This document shows, in pieces, positions 59,860 through 64,000 of a DNA stretch of 64,000 nt. The first letter of the stretch is position 1, and each line of letters begins with the position of its first letter. This stretch comes from Vicugna vicugna (lineage: Eukaryota): contig MU058540.1 in the NCBI GenBank assembly GCA_013265495.1, positions 147,696 to 211,695 of the forward strand. The letters are read 5' to 3'. The notes beneath the pieces were generated by a model that saw nothing but the letters and a program-made list of their open reading frames with translations, was not told the DNA's origin and ran no database searches. The position numbers and the translations under genes were made by a program.

Positions 59860-61990
59860 TTGTTTCTCTTTATTATGCAGAACTATACTGAGAATTTAAC
59901 AAGTGTTAGGTTTTGGGCCCAGTGCTAGAAATACAAAAATGAAAAAGGCATATTCCCTCCTTCAAGGGATTGAGAGTCGATTGGGGGTGGTGGTCAATGA
60001 ATACATAATCACACACAGCATGATGCGTTCAAATAAGAATGTGTTAAGTGCTTTGGAAGTAGTAGTTTTATGAAGATGGAGGAATAGGTGGGATGTGATC
60101 AGGAAGGCTGCTAAGAGTCTTGAAAGAAAAACAGCTGGACCAGCAGAATGTGAGGGAAGAGAAAAGCATTCCAAGGCAAGGGGTAGGTAAATGTGTGAAG
60201 GTCAAAGCATTCAGAGCTCCTTCCTTTGGAGACCTCTGTATAGTCGGATGTGAATATGGTGGAGGCTGCTCAGGTGTCCCTGTCTGGTAATGGGCGTGGA
60301 GTGAGGGAGTTGGGGAAGAATGTCAAGATGAGGTAGAAATTTAGACAAGAGCCAAATCACATTGACTGTTATGCCACAAAGAGGGTGCTTTTTCACTTAG
60401 CAGATGATAGAGATATTAAAACAGAAGAGTCACAATTATTTTTTAACATTTTAGAGAAACTGTTCTGATGCTTCAAACAGTAGACTGGAGCTTGAAAAGA
60501 ATTGAGGCAAAACTGCTGGTCAAAAGTCCACATGTAATAATTTTGATGTCTATGACATCAAAACTACAAATTGCACACACATACTGCCCTCTGGTAGCGA
60601 CATGGCACTAATTTAGGTGAGATAAGATAAGAGCTTGGATTAAGTCATGTCCAAAGGAGATGGAGGGAAGTGAGTATCAGTATAATCAGGGCTTGGCTGC
60701 TGATTGGATGTGGAGGAGTCAGGGAGAGTGAACACCAATATTTCTAGCTTTGGTGACTGGGTGGGTCATCAGTGATGGACTGAAATGAAATAGGAAAAAT
60801 GTCAAAAAAAAAAAGTATGTCATAGAAGCAGGTTTGATGAAGGAAAGAAGCAGTTCAGTTTTGCGCTGAATTTGAGGTGCCAGTGGAACAGCCACCAGCA
60901 GGTGTGAGGTATATGGGTACAGACCTCAGGTGTGGGCTGAAGAACCTTCATTTGAGAGTCATCAGTGTTGAAGCAGAGGGGGTGGATAAGATCCAGGTAG
61001 ACTGTGCAGGGGGAGCTGGAAGTGACAAAAGGACGTAAGTCCGCAGGAGTCCAAACCCCAAATCTCATACCAGTTATCATCCGGGATCCAGGCAGGAAAG
61101 TGGTATTTGTGCTGCCGAAGTGAGCACACAGCAGGAAAGTATAATCATTCTAGATATTTCAGACTGAGGGAATTTAATACAGAAATGGTTATAAAAGTGT
61201 TAAAGAGGCCAGAAATGCCAGAGGATAAAAGAGAGGGGCTGGAGGTGCAAATAGGAAAGAGGAATGCCAGGAAATCAGAAGTTACTGTTGTCCCTGAGCT
61301 AGAATCCATGTCTACACCTGCTGTTGTCCTGGGGGAGACACCATCAGAGTTGCCTCTGGATCTGCTGAAAAGGTACCATCTCCATCATGGATGGATCATT
61401 GAGAAGGTACCTCCTCTGCCCAGGAAGCTGGAGTCCAGAACCCCACCACTCTTGCTGCTGCTATACCTATGAGGAAGTGCCACCCTGTTAGAAACTAAAG
61501 CAGAAAGCTTCTTGGTTTCTCCTGCCATCTGATCTCCCACCAGTGCTTCCTACTGAGAGAATCTAACAGGAAGTCACCACTAAGGAAGACTGGGAAATAC
61601 ACACCTTGCAGATTCTTAGGCTGAGCAGTCCAGATCACATTGTAGGAGAGTGGGGCGTGGCACTGACACCAGACAATAACCAGATATCTGAAATGCACTA
61701 ACTTGTAAGCATCTGGTGGCATGAGGGGCATCCAGAGAGCTGAGAGGAGAATAAGGAAGAAGCCAGTTCATAGAAATAGAGGTGTTCCGTGAAGAAGGAC
61801 AAAGTCAGCATTATCAAATGCTACTCAGAAGTCAAGGGAGGACTGGAAAGTGTCCTTAGATTTGGTAATTATGAGATGGTTGACAAATATATTGAGAGCC
61901 GTTTCAGTGTTGTAGTGGGAGTCGACTCCAGATTGTGGTGGGCTGAGAAGTAAGTAGGAGGTGAGGAAGAAACTGTCAGTGTATATGCTG
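59860..61990. mobile_element. L2 remnants interrupted by an LTR-like segment (~61075-61700); another L2 at ~63380-63810
   Basis: L2 landmarks: cttggctgctgattggatgtgg, tttctagctttggtgactgggtgg, gttcagttttg..tgaatttgaggtgcc, tttgagagtcatcag. Confidence 0.65.
60582..60600 (-). promoter_or_regulatory. Candidate CTCF site (reverse), ~1.2 kb 5' of DMA
   Basis: TCGCTACCAGAGGGCAGTA on the - strand. Confidence 0.55.
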
Positions 61991-64000
61991 CAAGTCTGAT
62001 AAAGAAGAAAAAAAGAGAAAGGCAGAAGGGGTGGGGGAGAGGCAGTGAGAAAGGTCTAATGTGGCAATTAAGTCATTTTAGAAATTAATCTATGTGAATA
62101 TGGGCCTTTCAAAATCCACTTCCTTTTGAGAAACAAATAACAGCAGCAGTAATAGCCCCCACCCCCGCCAAAAACAACCCATGACCTCCTGCATATTCTG
62201 AAATGCTAATGTGTACATAAGTGTGTGTGCCTGTGTGTATGTGTGGTGGGGGTGGGGAGAGTGTCAGGGTTGGGGTAGGGCTTGGAAATCACTGTGTAAC
62301 ACTTTGAAAAAAACAGTAGCTCATTTTCGTAATGTCCCACCCTTTGTGGATTAAGCCAGCAGTAGTTCCTGCAGTGGGAAGATTCAGCCCACTTAGGGTT
62401 TACTGACATCACCAGAACTGTAGGGGGCAATGGATAGCACACAGCGACCTAGAGTTCTAACCCAGGAGCGGGCAAACTTTTTCTGTAAAGGACCAGATAG
62501 CAAATATTTGTTCCTTAGAATTTTGCTCTTATTCTTAACCTTTTTACTTATGAACACTGACATTTAAATTTCATATAATTTTTGTGAGTCACGAAATATA
62601 ATTCTTTTGCTTTTTTCCCCAAACCATTTAAAAGCACAAAAACTTTCCTGAGTTCTAGGGCCATATAAACACATATGGGCTGAATTTTGATCCCAGACCA
62701 TAGTCTGCTGTACATTGTCTATGTGTGTAGTCAGAATTGGGATGGCGAACCCAAAATAAACCCATCCTCCAAAGAGCCCAGTTCCTTCTTGGGCACAGCA
62801 ATTGGTTAATGAATGTGTTGTGCCCCAGATACATCGTTTGGGAGGAGGTCTGGGGGAAGCAGGAGGCACAGGAGGAGGAGGACTGGGTGAGAGGACTAGG
62901 ACAGCAGACACTGCCTCTACTCTGGTGGGAGGAACAATCAAAGTTCTCCACAGAGAGTAGAGTGTGGATAAGACCAACATGAGAGGATATTACCACCCAT
63001 CATCAAGACAAAGGCAAGGTGTGGTTAATCCCCTTCTCTCCCAGTATAAATGCTAACAAGTTCAAACATTTATAACTACCCTTCCCTCTATATAATCCTT
63101 CCTGTCAGGATCCTTCAACAATCTCCATAATAGAGATTACAAAAATAGTCTTGAATACATTTGGGGAAGTGGTATTTGTGAGCAAGAGAAGAGCAAGACA
63201 GCCAGTTCTGCATCCTAGTAACTTGCTGTCTCTGGTAATTAGATGTGAATGCTTCTGAAAATAATGGCACAACACCTGTAAATCCTTTCTAACACTCAGC
63301 TTTCCATCCCTTTCTAGTAGTGCCTCATTTTCTTTTTCCTGACAGAGCCAAGATTCCTGAAAAAGTCGTGGGCAACCATCTCTCATTCTCACAATGAAAT
63401 TGTTCATTTTTGTTTTGCTAGACCAAATGGACTCTTTGCAGGCTCTGCAATATTTTACACCCTTGGCCGCGCCCTCCTTCCTAAAACAGTCTTTTTTTTT
63501 TTTTTTTTGGCATCCCTTACAGCATTCTCTCCTAATTTTTCCTCTCACTTCTCTAGTCTCCTTCATGGACTCCTTTTCTTCAGCTATCCCTTAAATGCTG
63601 GTGTTCCCTGGAGTCTGGTCCTCAGTCTCTTCTCTTCTTACATTATATGCTTGCCCTGGATGGTATTTACTCCCACTTGTCTTCAGTTACCACCTACTTG
63701 CCAACATCGTCCAAATTTCCCCCTTCAGCTCAGGTCTTGCTCTGAGTTCCACACCACCCATACATCCAACTGCCTTTGGGCATCTCCACTTTGATGTGGT
63801 GCAACAGCAGTTCTCAAACTGTACTCTCCACAAAACAGTGTTCCTGAAGAAATATTTTTATACATAAATTTGATAGTAGTAATTTTTAATTTTTAAATCT
63901 ATTTCAACACAGATGCAATAAAATATCAACATGTTTATATAATAGTTTTTATTATGCAATAATTTATTGTATTTAGTACGGCTATTTTGGTTGTAAGCAA

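Overview
Mammalian MHC class II region, very probably from a camelid (Vic-1-type tRNA-Ala-derived SINEs; no Alu, Bov-A/Bov-tA or PRE-1 elements seen). Gene order: PSMB9/LMP2 exons 2-6 (+ strand; exon 1 lies upstream of the window), a ~39 kb repeat-rich interval, then complete DMB (6 coding exons, 263 aa) and DMA (5 coding exons, 261 aa) on the - strand, each with an X-Y class II promoter. All three coding genes have intact frames and GT-AG junctions. The most notable item is a degraded but nearly full-length MHC class I gene fossil at ~20.1-23.3 kb, at the position of the human HLA-Z fragment. It has remnants of the promoter, leader, alpha1, alpha2, the tail of alpha3, TM, exon 6 and possibly exon 8, and it still carries a CpG island with an inverted CCAAT pair. 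Other leads are a convergent CTCF-motif pair bracketing DMB-DMA, a degenerate DMB Y box, a YIVL (rather than YTPL) DMB sorting motif, redistributed DM N-glycan sequons, and a one-strand bias of the SINEs. Comparisons with human or mouse sequences are from memory and repeat-family names are by eye; both need confirmation by alignment. Repeat boundaries are approximate.
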